In this document: positions 36,302-51,118 of the stretch, one piece after another
Numbering within the stretch: position 1 is the stretch's first letter
Layout of the letters: each line of letters opens with the position of its first letter
DNA from: Takakia lepidozioides
Lineage: Eukaryota; Plantae; Bryophyta
Length of the DNA: 64,000 nt
Reading direction: 5' to 3'
Assembly (NCBI GenBank): GCA_030704615.1
Contig: CM060734.1
Location: 61,132,001-61,196,000, forward strand
The notes under the pieces: generated by a model
Told to the model about the DNA's origin: nothing
What the model saw: the letters and a program-made list of their open reading frames with translations, nothing else
Database searches by the model: none
Position numbers and translations under genes: made by a program

Positions 36302-39300
36302 CTAGGGCAAACGTCTTACGAATACGTTCTCTCAAGAGTTGAGTGTTTCAAATTTCGAGTTTAGGTTTCCGGTGCACAAGCAATATGCTATTTGTAAAGT
36401 GGGATTCGCCTTTGTAAAACATAGGCCGTCAAACTGGCGTGGTCCTTGCTATTATTCAAGACCGACCTTGTGCTCTGACTGGTGTTTTACCCTGAAGGAC
36501 TGTTTGTGGAGCACTTTGAAGAGGGGTCCAGGCAAAAATGTTGTTGGTATTGTTATCGAGCTATAAGAGCAGATAGCGTTAACTATGTGGTTGAAGTTCG
36601 TGTGTACTACTTGTAGTTGGCACGTCCGGAAAAGTAGTTTTACATTACAACATTTAAAAGGAAAATGGGCTGATCTGTAAAAGTTGTTATGCAGAGTATC
36701 ATCGGGGAAGTGAACAACATCATAAACGCCTTCCGCTCAGAGAAGTATTTATCTGATGTGGACTCGATTTTAGCAGGGCCTACGCTTGCATCCGGTCTGG
36801 ATGACGACGAGAGATTTGCTGCGGCAGAAGAAGAGGAGGAGGATGCGTTTGCTCCAGAGCGAGGGAATGTTGCATTCGCTAGTGCAGGGGATGGGTGGGC
36901 ATTTCGGATAGATCAGTTTTCAGAACTCTATGCTACAAAGCTTGGGGCCAGTGTCACAGCGTTGAGGAAAGCTCTATGGGGTGATCACTTCTATAGCCCC
37001 AAAAAACAGATGATAGTAGGAAAGAAGGCAGCTGGGAAGTTGAAGCCTATGTTTGTACAATTTGTACTAGAACCATTGTGGCAAGTGTACGAAGCAGGCA
37101 TGCAGGGCAGCCAAGGTGCTGAAAGGCTGAGTAAGTTCATCCAAGCCATGAATCTGAGTATCCCTCTTCGGGACTTGCAGCACAAGGATCCAAAAGTGGT
37201 TACCCAAGCAGTAGTGAGCAGGTGGCTGCCACTTGCAGACACAGTGTTGTCTATGGTGATCGAGTGCTTGCCTGATCCTATAGCTGCACAACCTGAGCGT
37301 ATGGCCCACCTACTTCCTAAACCAGAACTACCATCGACAATCAGCAAGGAGCTTGAGGGAGAGCTCAAGTTGGTGAGAAAGATGGTGGAGGACTGTGATG
37401 AGAGTCCCACTGCACATTGTGTGGCTTTCGTGTCAAAGATGTTTGCAGTTCCCATTGAAGCCCTCCCACGACATGGCCCAAATGGGGAGCTGCTTCAGAA
37501 TCTGGAACTGGAGTTGGGTGTGGGGGACACAGATGCAGCTCACCAAGAGTGCTTTTTAGCCTTTGCAAGGGTTTTCAGCGGTGTGCTGTCTGTGGGCTGC
37601 AAGGTGTTTGTCCTGTCAGCTCTCTACAACCCATTGACTGCTGATTCAGATAACAAAAATGTTCAAGAGGCAAGAGTTGAGGCCCTGTATATGATGATGG
37701 GGAGAGGATTGGAACCCAAATCTTCAGTGTCTGCAGGCAATGTGGTGGCGATCCGGGGCTTGGGCCAGCATATTCTGAAGTCGTCAACTCTTTCTACCAC
37801 TAGGTGTTGCTGGCCTTTTGCAAGCATGAGTTTCCAGGCAGCACCCATCGTCCGAGTTGCAATTGAGCCATCAGACCCATCTGATATGGGGGCCCTAACT
37901 CGTGGGTTGCGACTTTTGAATCGAGCGGACCCTTTTGTCGAGGTGAGCGTGTCTGGTAGTGGGGAGCATGTGATTGCAGCTGCTGGGGAAGTCCACCTGG
38001 AACGATGCATTAAAGATCTGAGAGAGAGGTTTGCACGAATCAAGTTGGCAGTGTCCCCACCATTAGTGGCCTTTCGGGAAACAGTGGAGGCAGAGGGAGG
38101 GACTGGTGAGAGTCCTAAACTCACGACAGGACTCGCGGATTTTGTGGAAAGCACCACACCCAATGGGAGATGTACAGTTCGAGTCCACGTCACAAAGCTT
38201 CCAGCAGCTTTGATTGAGGTGCGGAGCTTCTGGATGTAGTGAGGAATGTCCTAGGGTGTGAAGTGGTTGCTAGTATGTCACTAAGATGCCCTTGGTAAAG
38301 TATGCCATGTTTGTTTGGTTTTCTGACAAATGACTCGGAACCTGAGGAGTGGGGAGTAGCAGTACATGAGTGGGCTGCAGATGGGCGCGGGCAAGCTTCA
38401 GAGTGATTAGAGCTGAGGAAAACTGTATTTGTGATACACGACTAAGCAGCTTAATAGTGCTTGCTTGCCCACTCTAGTCATAGCCGCTTACCTTCTTATA
38501 GAAGGTACATTTGATTTTCTATTTGTCCTGAGTGTACCATGCTAGGGTTTCCACCTTTCAGAAACCTTGCACGCTACATTCGGCTTAAAAGGAAATCGGG
38601 AGACATCAGCCAACTTGACAATCTAACCTCAATCTTTGAAGCAACATTGGTCATCACCACAACATGACTGTAGAAATATTGTTACTCAGGTGTTGGACGG
38701 AAGTGCTGATTTACTAAGGGAGATCGTGGAAAGAGACACCGGCGTTTCAGGGCATAGAAACCAAGGGCTTGGACAGGGGAGTTCACTTGGAGGGAAAGGA
38801 AGTGAAGATCCAGTTACATTGCTGCGCAGTCGCTTGCTTGCAGCGGCCATTGCTGAGACAGACACCACTAACCAAGAGGCTGAGAAGAGGAAAAAAACTG
38901 AAGAAGAAAAGGATGCCTGGGCAAGAAAACTCGAGAGAATTTGGGCTCTTGGGCCCCGTCGAGTTGGACCAAACATTCTGCTTGTACCTGATATTCGTCC
39001 TGTGGGAAGGATGGAGAACTCAAATAGCGAGAGCACAGATGGGTCGCAGCCAGTAGCCATGGCTGTCCAAGCCATGTTAGTCAGAGGTTCAGCGCAGGTC
39101 TCCCAAAAACTGGGCCTCGTCAAGACTTCAGTAGATCCTGAAATTGGAAACAGTTGTTTGGACGTTGACACTGGGAGCCTAGCTGCACCTTCCAGTTTGA
39201 CAGAGGTACAGGGTTTAGAGAGTAGTGTTGTGTCAGGTTTCCAGCTGGCAACTGCGTCAGGTCCATTATGTGAGGAGCCAATGTGGGGCCTAGTTTTCAC

Positions 39301-40152
39301 CATCGAGGCTTTTGTGTCTATAAGGGCCAGAGGTGGTACAGACAATGGAGATTACATTGGGGATGCTGTTGATTCGAGCATCACTGCAGAGCAGTACGGC
39401 CCCTTTTCCGGTCAGGTATGAAGTCATACATGTGGACTTTTTATCCAGTTAGTATTATTGGAAGACTGTACTGTTTGAGTTTTTGCTTTGGCTGTACTGC
39501 GGGTCAAGTAACCCTAACGGTTTTCCAGTTCTTTTAAGGGAATGCCCCTGTTTCATCTCAATAACATCTGTCTTTTGACGCCCGCATCTGAGACTGACGT
39601 GTGCAACTGTTAGATCCAAAAAAATTGATGACTTCAAAGTGATTTTATGTTGATACGATTATGCAGGTTATGACCACCGTGAAGGATGCGTGCCGAGCGG
39701 CAGTGCTGGCAAGAAGCCCACGCATTGCAGAGGCCTTGTACTTTTGTGAAGTGAGTGCACCAGCTGAGCATTTAGGTCAGATGTATGGGGTGTTGGGGAG
39801 ACGGCGGGCACGGATTGTAAAAGAGGAAATGCGAGAGGGGACAGCCATGTTCACTGTGCATGCTTACATGCCAGTTGCCGAGAGCTTTGGTTTTGCTGAC
39901 GAGTTACGGAGGAAAACGTCAGGAGCTGCCAGCCCGCAGCTTGTTCTCAGCCACTGGGAGGCCTTAGCCCAGGACCCCTTTTTCGTACCTCGGACAGAAG
40001 AGGAACTGGAAGAATTTGGGGATGGATCAAATGTGCCACCCAATACTGCCCGGAAGCTGATTGACGCTGTTCGCCGCCGCAAGGGTTTGCCTGTAGAAGA
40101 CAAATTGGTGCAGCATGCAGCCAAACAGCGGACGCGGGCACGCAAAGTCTAA
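35755..40152 (+). CDS. EFL1: Elongation factor-like GTPase 1 (EFL1/RIA1); exons 35755-36255, 36695-38218, 38690-39415, 39667-40152
   Basis: [26 protein letters not shown]; C-terminus [26 protein letters not shown]. Confidence 0.95.
36258..36299. repeat. (CT)n microsatellite next to the EFL1 intron 1 donor
   Basis: Uninterrupted ct run. Confidence 0.95.
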
Positions 40153-42692
40153 TGAAGGGTTGTTTCCTGTCCTGTGCACCTATTCTCTTGGATCCTGTCG
40201 TAGCGCTTTCTATGCAGTTTGCCATGATGGTTTCCTCAAGCTGTGCTTCCTTTGTTTTGAAGTTGTGCTCCACATGACCACTGAATGGTGTTTCATGGTT
40301 CTAAGTGACTTTGAAGATATCTTAAGCTTAGGCCAACCTGTTTTCTTTGATGACAGGAGCATTTTTCAGGTTACAGTTAGTAGTGGGCCCAATCATTATC
40401 TAAGGGTGTGTTTATCTTTGGCACTTTGTGACTCTTGTATTCTCTGATCAAAAAGTTCCTTTCTTATTCAGGTCATTTGTCAAACTACAATAGTGCCGGG
40501 GAACTTTGTACAAAGATGATAAATGAAGTACCGGTGCATCTCACAGGTCGCAATCTCAGGTGTATTAGCTGTCTCACTCATCTCATCTGGAATGAAGAGG
40601 TAGACCTGCAATGTAGGGGCCATATGTTTGCTATTGTCATTGAATTTTTGTGGTTTCTAGGTGTCATCATGATATTTGACTGCAGGAATCTGCACTAAAT
40701 AGGCACTCTTCCTCCACATGACTAGTGGTGACAGTTGCATTTGAGGACCCACTTGCATGCATATCTTTCTTCTGCTATGGATCCTTAGCATGTTTTGTCT
40801 GGGGATTTTTGTGTAGCAGTTAAAAAGTGCTTGAACGGGGTGCAACAGTCCTCCTTACAGTAGTTACCTTATCATTTTACATTGGGAAGATGTTGAATGG
40901 TCAAACAAGTTGATGATGCTTGAATTGTTCATACTCACAATTTCGGCTTGCTGTGCAGTTTTCCAGGGACTTTGGAGGCTGCAGATTTCAACAGCTGAGC
41001 ACTGCTGCACTGTAATCATAGAGTACCAACTGCAAATCTCAGCTCACTGCTTTTATTTGCAAATGTATCAGATCAGATTGCACCGAGTCTCCAGAGATGC
41101 TTCTTTTCTCTTCCAGATTTGTGGAACAGTTGCTAATTATACCCTCCTAGGAGAGGGTCAACAAGAGGCAGGCACTGGATTTCATACTGGTACGCATCTC
41201 AACACCCACATCGTCACCTCTAACCTGGCCTTCAATGGCCTCAGAGGCCAAGTACTACAGTAAAGATTTTGAGGGATGGGAAAGGAATTAAATCTGCGTA
41301 CAGGATACAATACAGGCCAAAGCAGGGCTGAGGTCATGGGCAATTAGCTCTCTGAGAGCATGCCACCACTAGATAAATGGTAGCATATGCTTGACCCTTA
41401 AGGTGGCCAAGACTAATGTGTTGTGCTGACAATGAATTCAGAACTCAATCCCCTATGCTGATCTGTAAGGCTTTAGATTAGTTGGACATCCAGCCATCTT
41501 TGATTGCAGATATTGTGGGCTGCCTTGTTGACTTCATTTCCTTGGTACTAAATGGGATTTACTCGTCGCTCCAGTTTTCTGTCCAATTGGTGTTTAGTCT
41601 GCCAATGCTCTTTTTTGTGCACTGATAGCCAGCATTGTGTGTATTGCCTTCCATTGTCCCAGCAGGCCCAGGGAGGTGACTTCAGAAAAGAAGGCTGTCT
41701 TTTGCTTTGTCTCATGAACTAAACAGAGATGGCGCTCAAGGATTTAGAGAATCCCGTAACTTCTGGAATCAGATGGGTACAATGGGACTGTCTCTTTGCA
41801 CCTTTTCCCCTGCACCTGTGCATTTTGCCAGTTGTGGTTACTGAGCGCATCACATTGCTGAGGGTTGAGACTCGGGTCTCTCTTTGAAGGACAAGGATTA
41901 AGTAAATGGTCTTCCTTCTAGGCTGGGTTTGACACCAGGAGTTGGATGATTGTTTGTCTAGAAACAATCAACACTGCTGCGGAAAGGGAGCCATGAGGAT
42001 GGCATAGAGTTTCTGATACTCTTGAAAGTATCAAGAACTGTGTTGGACCTCCCTTGTCTCTCACAAGGGTGGGGACATCTTCACCTCTACCAATTTATTG
42101 TTGATCCATGTGGAAAACTGTCACTAAGACTTTTCGAAGTGAGGCCCAGTTGTACCATAATGCACAGGAGGTCACCCTGTCATTGAAGAAGGACTGTTGT
42201 GGATGAATGATGAGAAAAATGTGTATTACACATGAACGAGTTTAATAGAGTGTCAATGAAAGTATATTAGATGTACACGATCTTTGTTGTAGAGGATATG
42301 ACAGCCGCAACTCCATAGACCAGCAGTTGTTTAAGAGATCAGCATGCACACAAAGAAGAATGATTATGTGCATGAAGCTGAAGGCAGATTACTGAGACAA
42401 GGAAAGGTTACAAGCCCAAAACTAAGAGCACAAAAATGAGTCGGTGTTAAGACCTACACCACCCACCCGAAGTTTTCGGATGTAACTTCTACTCTGGGTC
42501 TGTCTCCCACCAGGAGTGGTTTCTATGTAGCAAGGGTTGGTCATAAGGTGATGAAAACCTGGATACAGGTGATGGATATGGGCAGCCACGAAGGTGAGAA
42601 GTAGGGCCTTCTTCTAGAGTTGTGCAACAGAAATGACTACCCACTCTTCTGGACCCTGTAAATCTCTTCACAACAATGATGTTTCATTGCTA

Positions 42693-43271
42693 TCTCATCT
42701 GTTCTACAAGTAGGTTTCCTTTTCGAATCATTAAAAAATACCTTCAAATATGTATATGTATTTTTTTATTATATCAAGTTTATTCATTTAAAAACAGACA
42801 TCGGCCTGTACTACTATGTAGGTCCAAATTTTATGAAACCAAGTCCGTGCATCCCTACTCATAGAGGGCTTTCCAACGGTACCAAAATCGTGGCTAGAGG
42901 CCGTGCGGTTTGGGAGATCTCAAGGACCCTACAAACAAACAATATTGTGTTCATGCCATATTTGAAAAAAAAACCCAATTATTTACATTTATGTCCCCGT
43001 GTACAAAGGATATATAAAGGGCCAGTAATTATTGCATGAAAACCCATTTTGCTATTTTTCACGAGTTTCCAATGACCAAAAGTACTTGAAATTTCATATC
43101 TCCCACACCGCAAGTTCCAAAATTATGAGACCAAGCCAGTGCACCCCTTCTCACCGAGGGCTTTCCAATGGTACCAAACACCAGGGCTGCCCTGCGGTTG
43201 GGGAGATCTCAACAATGATACAAAACAAAACATTGTCTTTATTCTAGCGACGACCGAAGGTCGAAAGCTAG
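42693..43271 (+). mobile_element. Putative non-autonomous Helitron
   Basis: 3' hairpin cgacc-gaa-ggtcg (43251-43263) then CTAG|T; candidate A|TC 5' end at 42693 or 42698; internal ~100-bp duplicated block (gagggctttccaayggtaccaaa...gggagatctcaa). Confidence 0.5.
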
Positions 43272-43600
43272 TTTAGCGTAGAGCAGGTATAGGGTGCGAG
43301 TATTGATCAACCTAGCTCCTCTTTCTTGTTGGTAGGATGCCAAAAGGCTTTGACTATTGAAGGAGCAAGAAGACATTGGAGAAGAGGTGGACTCAACATC
43401 AACACCAACAGGTTTAAATGTAAGCATTCGTATACACCCATATGGCCATTACATCCACCAGCCAGATGGAAGTTACTGGTTAGTGCAGAAGTCCAAAAGC
43501 TTGTGTTGATTGTTTCACCAGTACGTTGGTTGTCATTGTGGGCGCCTGCAAATTTTAGAGAGTACAGATAATACCAAGCCTCCTCCTAGGCAATCAAAAC

Positions 43601-44404
43601 CAGCGTTGGACTGGTATATAGGGTCTGGCCGGGTATCAAATATCAACCAGGGTATTGAATAACCGACCTGGCTGGTATTGGCTTTTGTAATACTATGGTT
43701 AATAACCGACCCGGCTCGTATTGGAAATTCCAATACTATGGTTGATAACCGACCGGCTGGTATTGCCAAGGCAATACCGGGGTGCATACCTGTATTATGG
43801 GCAAAAACAAGGACTATACCATGGTATGAATAGGAAATTGGCTGGGTGCACAATATGTCAGGGTTAGGGTAAGAGGGTGCACATATCCGGGAGGCCATGT
43901 CTAGCCCCAAAGGCCCGCCACTATGCTTCATTTCTTACCACATGTAGGGCAGGCCCACCCCTATTCTTTATTTTTTTTAGCTTATGTAAGGTGTCTTATG
44001 TGGTTGCAATCAGTCTTCTTATAACTAAGCTTGCTTCAATTTGGATACTAAAATCTGCGTCGTTATTATGTATTGCAAAGACTGAATGTTGTAACATAAT
44101 AATTAATTTCTTTGTGAAATCAATTCAAATCTTCTAAATTCATACATATTAATGATTTAGTGGTTATTTATTATTTATTATTTATTATTTATACCCAAGT
44201 TGATAACCGGCTGGTATTAGATTGGAATACCCATCCTATTGTTACCCGTCCGTAAATCGAAAATCATACTACTATTGAGAACCGGCAGGTATTAAAATGA
44301 AAGGAATCCTTCAATAGTATGGAACCGGCTGGTATTGCAAATTAATTTCTTCTCAATACCCGGACCCAGCTGGTATTAGAAAAAGTGATACCTGGCCAAC
44401 ACTG
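43601..44404. mobile_element. Non-autonomous hAT-type element
   Basis: TIR cagcgttggactggtat / atacctggccaacactg (14/17); 8-bp TSD atcaaaac/gtcaaaac; subterminal ccggctggtatt repeats. Confidence 0.8.
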
Positions 44405-45245
44405 GTCAAAACCCGCCATGTTGGCGTGATCATCATCTCAGTGCATTACACTAGATCACAAACCTGTAAAGCTTTACAAAAGTCCGAAATGAGGTGACTG
44501 AACTAGAACCCCCCATAAAGAAAGGGAAACATAAAGACATCTAAGCCAATCAAACCCACCAGATAACAAGAAAGAGGGTTGGTTCTGTACAAGATGGCAA
44601 CATTCAGACATTCCATCCACTGGATTAGCCATCCTTCAAGTTCCCGTCTTAACTATGAGAACACATGACTTGTAGACAATGAGGGATCCATTTGCTTTGA
44701 TCATCTGAAAGACGCACTAAAAGTTTGTCCAAACACAATCTGGAACAAGTGTATTACGGGCCTTCATTTCCTGAGATTTCCCCCAAAAAGACTGCCGAGG
44801 ATTGACAATAACCAGTTCTTCCAGATGCTACAGAAAGAATCTCCCTCACATTCCTAAAGCAAATGTGTCATGAGGACACCAATTGCAAAGCATTTTAGTC
44901 TACAGTCATTTCTATTTTTCAGGTTGCAAAGTGTCATTTTGTGTGGTGTGACCTAACCTGACTAATGACACAACTGTGGCGGATGAGAACTACCAAAAAG
45001 AATTCAATGTCCTCAGGCATGTCCGTAAAATGGTGACGCAGCAGATAACTCATGTCAGTCAAGTTTGGCTAACACTTGAACCCAATCTGCACTTAGGTCA
45101 AGACTGATGGCCTTGTATCCATGTTCTTTGTAAGAGAAAACAGAAAGTAAAGTTAGTGTACTTGTTGTGGCATGACAATGCAAGTAAATTCTTTCAGCAG
45201 ATTTGTCAAACACCCATGTTTCTTTCGAAGTTAGAATGGAACCAT

Positions 45246-48200
45246 CTACCGGGTGGAGACAATGTCATCAATCTTCAGAATCATGCGCACACACTCAGTG
45301 GCAAGTGAAACTGCACTGGTGCTCACTAGCAACGGTTGCACCACATTCTCTTCCAAGATGTTCGTGATTTGGCCCTTCCGCACATTGATGCCAGTGTTCA
45401 CCTGTGGATTATCCATTTGCCATGTCAGATTACTCTAGACTATACTTCAAACCAGAAATCAGAAAAGTCCACAAAAATGAGAAAGAGTCGTGAAATACCT
45501 CGCCATTGGCATGCCGGTTGCGAAGTTCAGTGACAATCAAGATGGGGTTCAAGCCAGCATTTTCAGCTAGAGTATAAGGAATAACCTGCTTCCCACCCAT
45601 CACTCATTTGGTCAGTAACAGAATTTTCTGCAAGAAACATGTCAAGCCAAATGGAATATCAACAAAATGCTCAGAAAATAGAGAAAATACCACAGGTGCC
45701 TGTGCCTGTGACAGTGCTATGCGAGAACTACCAATTCAACGCATATTGTTCCCATCTCCATAACTAGCATTCGAAATCAGTCCAGATGAGGAATGCCATG
45801 GATGCCACTGCTTCCAAAAGTTTTAGCAGCAATCAGAAACTCAACTTGTCAGAAAAGCCGGAAACACTCATACGTCCCAGAGTGCGAAAATGCATGATTG
45901 GTTCTAAGGGTTAAGGCAACTCTCAGAGTAGCACAGCCTATGATGCCGAGAAATTTCCTCGAGTGAAACCGAAGTATTGCTTCTAGCTTTCGCAAGGCAG
46001 ATCATAGGAAAGCCCCCAAATCGCAAATGTTGAGGCCAGTACTGACGTACGGTATTTATCAATGGTTAAGATGTCCCATATGTTAATAGGGAGTAGCAAA
46101 AATTACCTCTAGAGCATCAGCAAATGCACGCACACAGAAACTGTCCATCCCTTGCAGGGTTTTAGCCCAGGCACCCAATTGTCGGGACATCTCAATTTCT
46201 GGAGCTCCACCACCTGCATGTTTTGTCAATGCCTTTCCAATCAGTATCATGTTCATCTAGCATTTTAGACAGGGAATTGTTATCTGAGGTCCTTCATTGA
46301 CTACTTGCTGTAACAAATAAGATTTCTTCCTGCACAGCCACTTACACAAAGCAGCAAGGGCTGCGGCAGTGTTTCTAAATCTGGCAAAAAATGGCCAGAT
46401 TTCGACCTGGAAAATGGGTTGGCTACTTTTATAAAGGAATTTTGGAAGTAAAAATCCAAAAAAATCGCCAGAAAGCGCCAATGGTTGAATATCAGGAGCC
46501 AGAATTTTCCTACGATGACCTGTTAAAATGTGACACCTGTTATATAGCCACTTTTCTAAGCCTGCCACCTTGTTATTCTCGCCACAGGGGCACCGATTTA
46601 CATGTAGCCTTTGTGGCGATTTTGGAAAAGTGAAAAAAAAAAAACACTGGGCTGCGGTCTTCAGTGCACCAGACAAAAACAGGGTACACATTCTACTCTA
46701 CACAAATAGTGGAGATAGTTGAAGGCATAAGAAAGTCACCATACAAAGGATGAAGGGGATACCTGCAATTAGAAAACGGCGAGTGACCAGACACCTCACT
46801 ACACACAAAGCATCGTGCAGGCTACGCTCTGCCTCATCAAGTACCTGTGTCCCCCACCAAAATGAGGATAAAATGGCTCACGAAAAATTCCAAAGCACCA
46901 AAGGTTTCCTCAGAAGTACTCGAAGGTACCACTGAATATAACACTAATTCAGCTGTTCACTGGATACTAGTATCTGTTTCTCTTCCTGTTCCTCTTCAAT
47001 GGCCACAAGGCTACGGCAAACAACGTCTTATGAGTACAATCTCTTCCTGCTTGTACAAGACTAGACAGGGTACCCAAATCTCTCAAGTGCAGACAGCACT
47101 CCCATAGAATGTGGCATCCAAACGTCAGAGACAGACCAGAGCGTTGGATCCCCGAACAACAACTGTAGTAGTGCGCCCCATGTTCTTGATGCCGGTCACC
47201 TTCACAATCTGCACACTCCATTTGGCAGCCTTATTTCAATCAAAAACTGGCATCCCACCTAGTTCTCTCCTTACTAATTTTGATGTGTGACAAGCATGGC
47301 ACACTTGCTCAGTCTTGCCTGAAGAACGACTAAACTTAAGTCAAGTTGACAAGAAGGTTCCTAAAAAATCCTCTGAAGTCACAAACAGGGTGCTGACATG
47401 ACCCCCCAATAAAAATCTGGACACGAGTTCTATTTAAGGCCTGGCATTTTCACGATGACATGAAACCTTTACTTTGCTCTTCAACGTTACGTCCAACTAC
47501 TGACCTTTGTTCTAGACCTGCTCGAATCAAACCATGTTCCCATTTCAGACATTGCATTTCCTGTTCGAGTGTTACGTGATCAGGGACTCACCCGCCCACT
47601 GCCGACAGAGACCTCCTCGACAAAGTCAGCTAGGCCAAGCTTCTCCACACGAAAATGCTCAATGTTGGCAATGGGAAGGCAATTTAGCGTCTTGCTAATG
47701 AACTCAATGTCCTCACGCTCGACATCTTTTACCACAAGAATTTTTGCTTTTGCTAGGTAATGAAGTGAGAGGTCAGTGACAGCATCCCGCAATATACTCT
47801 TTTGGATCAGCAGGACATTGCACCCAGTTGCCTTTATCTTCTTAATCATTCCAAGAATGTAATTGCGCTCCTCCTTGAGTATTCGGTCCATCTGTCACCC
47901 AGTAAATTTCAGTCAGGGGCCCAGCATCCTAGTCCAAGAATGATAGACTTATCCGAGATTCCGCACAGCTTTCCTCTCAACCCACAAATCTCAAGCGTAG
48001 AGATGCTTGGCCAAGCAACTTTATGGAAGAGCATGTAGGGTAAAATAGGAAACCTGTGTGTAGTCAGATACAATGACATTTTGTTCGATGTCAGTTTTGG
48101 GAGGCGAGATCTGAAATTGAATTAACCCAATCTTAGCATTCTCAATCCTCGTGGGCCCACCAGCTAAATGACTTGCTTTGTGGTCAAACACCAGCCCTTT

Positions 48201-50462
48201 CACCATCTCTGTATCATCTACCTGCATCAATAGCAAAACCAGTAAGGCATGTTGACTCAATGGTGAAATTGTGAGTTTCAGAACAGGGACGTCACTTTTA
48301 CTTGGGATTTCCTAACCGAATAATAGTTATGCTCAAACCTAGCTTGGTCGCACCTAAAAGCTCATGGAGGACCTCAGACTAACTTATGATTGCATGAACT
48401 TTCTGGGTACAACATGGGAGTCAACGACTAGTGTGCAGGTCACCATAACACATATCAAAGATCCTTTGCTTTCTATGCAATGTATTGTTACTCTAACCAG
48501 ATCAACGGGTGAAGTAGCTTACAGTGCCACCAAGCTTTTTCAGGACTTTGATGTCACGCAGGTCTACAGTGTCAGGGCGAGCTGGGTCTATGACATTTAG
48601 CACTGCGTCCACTGCCATGGGAGCTAGCAATGATGAATATTGGCTCACCACCTGAGTACATAGTACGAGAGAAACATCAACCCACATCTCTATTGATTAA
48701 AATTTGCCATCCCTCCCTTGCAAATAGAAGATGCCCAATCAAGCTCATTAGTACATCAAATGATGCTCGTTAAGTAACACTGTCCAGTTGAGCAGTTAGA
48801 ATGCCATCCATTGGCTACAAGTTAGATTTGACATAGCAAGTTCATCGACATACCTTACTGTTCAACGAAGTGCTGGCACTCTTTACCAGTGACTCGCGGT
48901 CCGACAACTCCACTGGTTGGGCCATGGCTGTCAGCACCTACTCCCACATTGCATCAGCATAACATTCTCAGAGGGACCAAACAAACGTTCCCCCTTGGTT
49001 ATCAAACTGGACAGACAACTTCAAAAGCCTCCAACCATGATTACTGATGACAGGGGGCGATCGTCAGCTAAGTTTGTTAAATGCCAAATAAAAGTTTGTG
49101 CCTAATAAGAGCTATCACTACAATTGACTGAGAACGAGTTTAGTCCTAGAGTATTCCATTTTAAACTCCAAAACAGTCAAGTTGCAAAGCATAACTTAAA
49201 CAAAGCCAACAGCCATGGAAGATTCTATGCATAGAATATAGGAACAATCAATTTATGCCAGCCCTATCTGAGAGCTCACCTCCACAGCCTTCTCAGAGGC
49301 TTTGTGAAGAGCCTCCGAAATGATAGTGGGATGCACACCCTTTCCCAGTAAATTGAGGCATTGCTTCAGGAGTGCACCGGCCAAGACAACCACTGAAAGC
49401 ACACAACACTCACACTCAGATAGTTCTAATAGACCTAATGTCTTGTTGGAGAGACTGACAAAAATTCCCCCTCTAGCCTGAGAAGCCCAGCCCCTGCACA
49501 GCAATTCAATCTCTTTGAAAGAAGAAGGCGTTGGCTTTAGCTGTCCACTCGAGCTATATTGCCTGTAGATTGCAAACTACAACAGGAAATAAGCCGAGTA
49601 GTCTATCCCACCATAAACCCTACTTCGATAAACCTTGGCTTCTAGGTCTGTACCTGTGGTGGTTCCATCCCCGGCAACTATATCTTGAGACTTGGAAAGC
49701 TCCACCAACATCTTCGCTGCGGGCTGTGTCACCTCCATCTGCAATATAAATACCCCACTCTTGCTAATTCACTTGTCTGATCAACACCAAAACACTGACA
49801 CAATGTATGTACAGTCAGCTGGAGCGTGCCCTTCGATGCTTCCTTTCGAATTCAAGTAGAACGCCCCGTTCCACGACTCCCATTCCAACCTCCAGACTTT
49901 GGAGTTTCCTCTCTATGGCAGACCTAATTTTGATGACTTCCGTCTACCTTCTTTTCGTGTCTACAAAGCAACTCTTCTAATTACCACAAAAACCCTCGGC
50001 CGAGCCTCCGACATTTAAAACGGCAGGGGTTAAAAAATACCGACGTATTGAGCCACACATTCGCTTTCAAGAATGGAGAGAGCGAAAGCAACACACTCAT
50101 TTACAGCCAAGCCAGGCGGATGAAGTGAAGCCAAGAGCCCATAGCGACAAAAACCAATACGGACTTGGAAAGAAAATAGGATACAGCGGACTTGACCCTT
50201 GAGAATGAAAAGATGTAACAAGGCGCAAGATCAGGACCTTGTTCAGGATGGTGGCACCATCATTGGTGATGATGACATCGCCATTAGCAGTGGACAGCAT
50301 CTTGTCCATCCCGCGGGGGCCCAAGCTGGTTCGCACAGCATCTGCCACGGCCTTTGCAGCCACAATGTTGGACTGCCGGATATCATCCTTCCGCTTGTTG
50401 TCAACATACTTTTCAGTCTTTGCCCCCGGTCGCCCTCCATTCCCTGCATGCGGTCCTGGCAT
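45246..50462 (-). CDS. CCT4: T-complex protein 1 subunit delta (multi-exon)
   Basis: [74 protein letters not shown]. Confidence 0.95.
46367..46649. mobile_element. hAT-type MITE in a CCT4 intron
   Basis: TIR cagtgttt/aaacactg; perfect 8-bp TSD ggctgcgg (46359-46366, 46650-46657). Confidence 0.88.
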
Positions 50463-50889
50463 GTTGTCCGCCAAACGCTCACTAAAGCCTGTTCCTCACA
50501 CACCGCAGAACCGCCTCTTTCAATTCAAATGAAGATGCGGATCCAAGAACTATACAAACACACACTGTGCCAGATTACAACAGCAAATGCGGGCAAGTCT
50601 GTTGGCAGATGTTTCCCCTCCTTCTCCTCCCTCGTCTCTCTCTCTCTCCCTAAACCTTAAACTCTCAACAACCAAAGAAACGCCCGTCTCTCAACGCACA
50701 CTACCCTCATCAATCTCGACCGTTCACACTTCGCAATCGGATAGATCTCAATTGTATATTTATCACCGCCCGATCTCACATCATCGACAGTCAGTTTCCA
50801 CTTGAGATACCCTAGTATCCGACGCTCTGAATTATTCTAACTTATTTCGCTTACCGCAAACATATTAGCGAATGAAAATGAAAATTGGG

Positions 50890-51118
50890 CACAACAGGGC
50901 GGTAAGACACTGTGCATTCACGTGTAGGTCTGGGGTTCAAACCCCTGTAAGCTGTCTCTCTCAGGAGCATGGCCGTAAGGGGGTTTATTTTCCCCCTCAT
51001 CAAGGCCCAGTTGCTGGGGCTGGTCACTGGTGTTGCCTTTGGATTGAATTGTTTTTATTTCTGGCAATATTTCGACCTCAAGGAATAAAGTTTATCCGCC
51101 CAAAGAAAAAAAAAAAAA
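50890..51118 (+). mobile_element. Putative tRNA-derived SINE related to 1832-2040
   Basis: ggcggtaag...ggggttcaaaccc, shared ttttccccct..tcaagg block, poly(A) run. Confidence 0.4.

Noticed and set aside
36991-39345. Antisense ORFs of 150-220 aa
   Set aside because: Shadows of EFL1 exons with no independent motifs
40400-42690. Short ORFs between EFL1 and CCT4
   Set aside because: No recognisable domains or consistent exon structure
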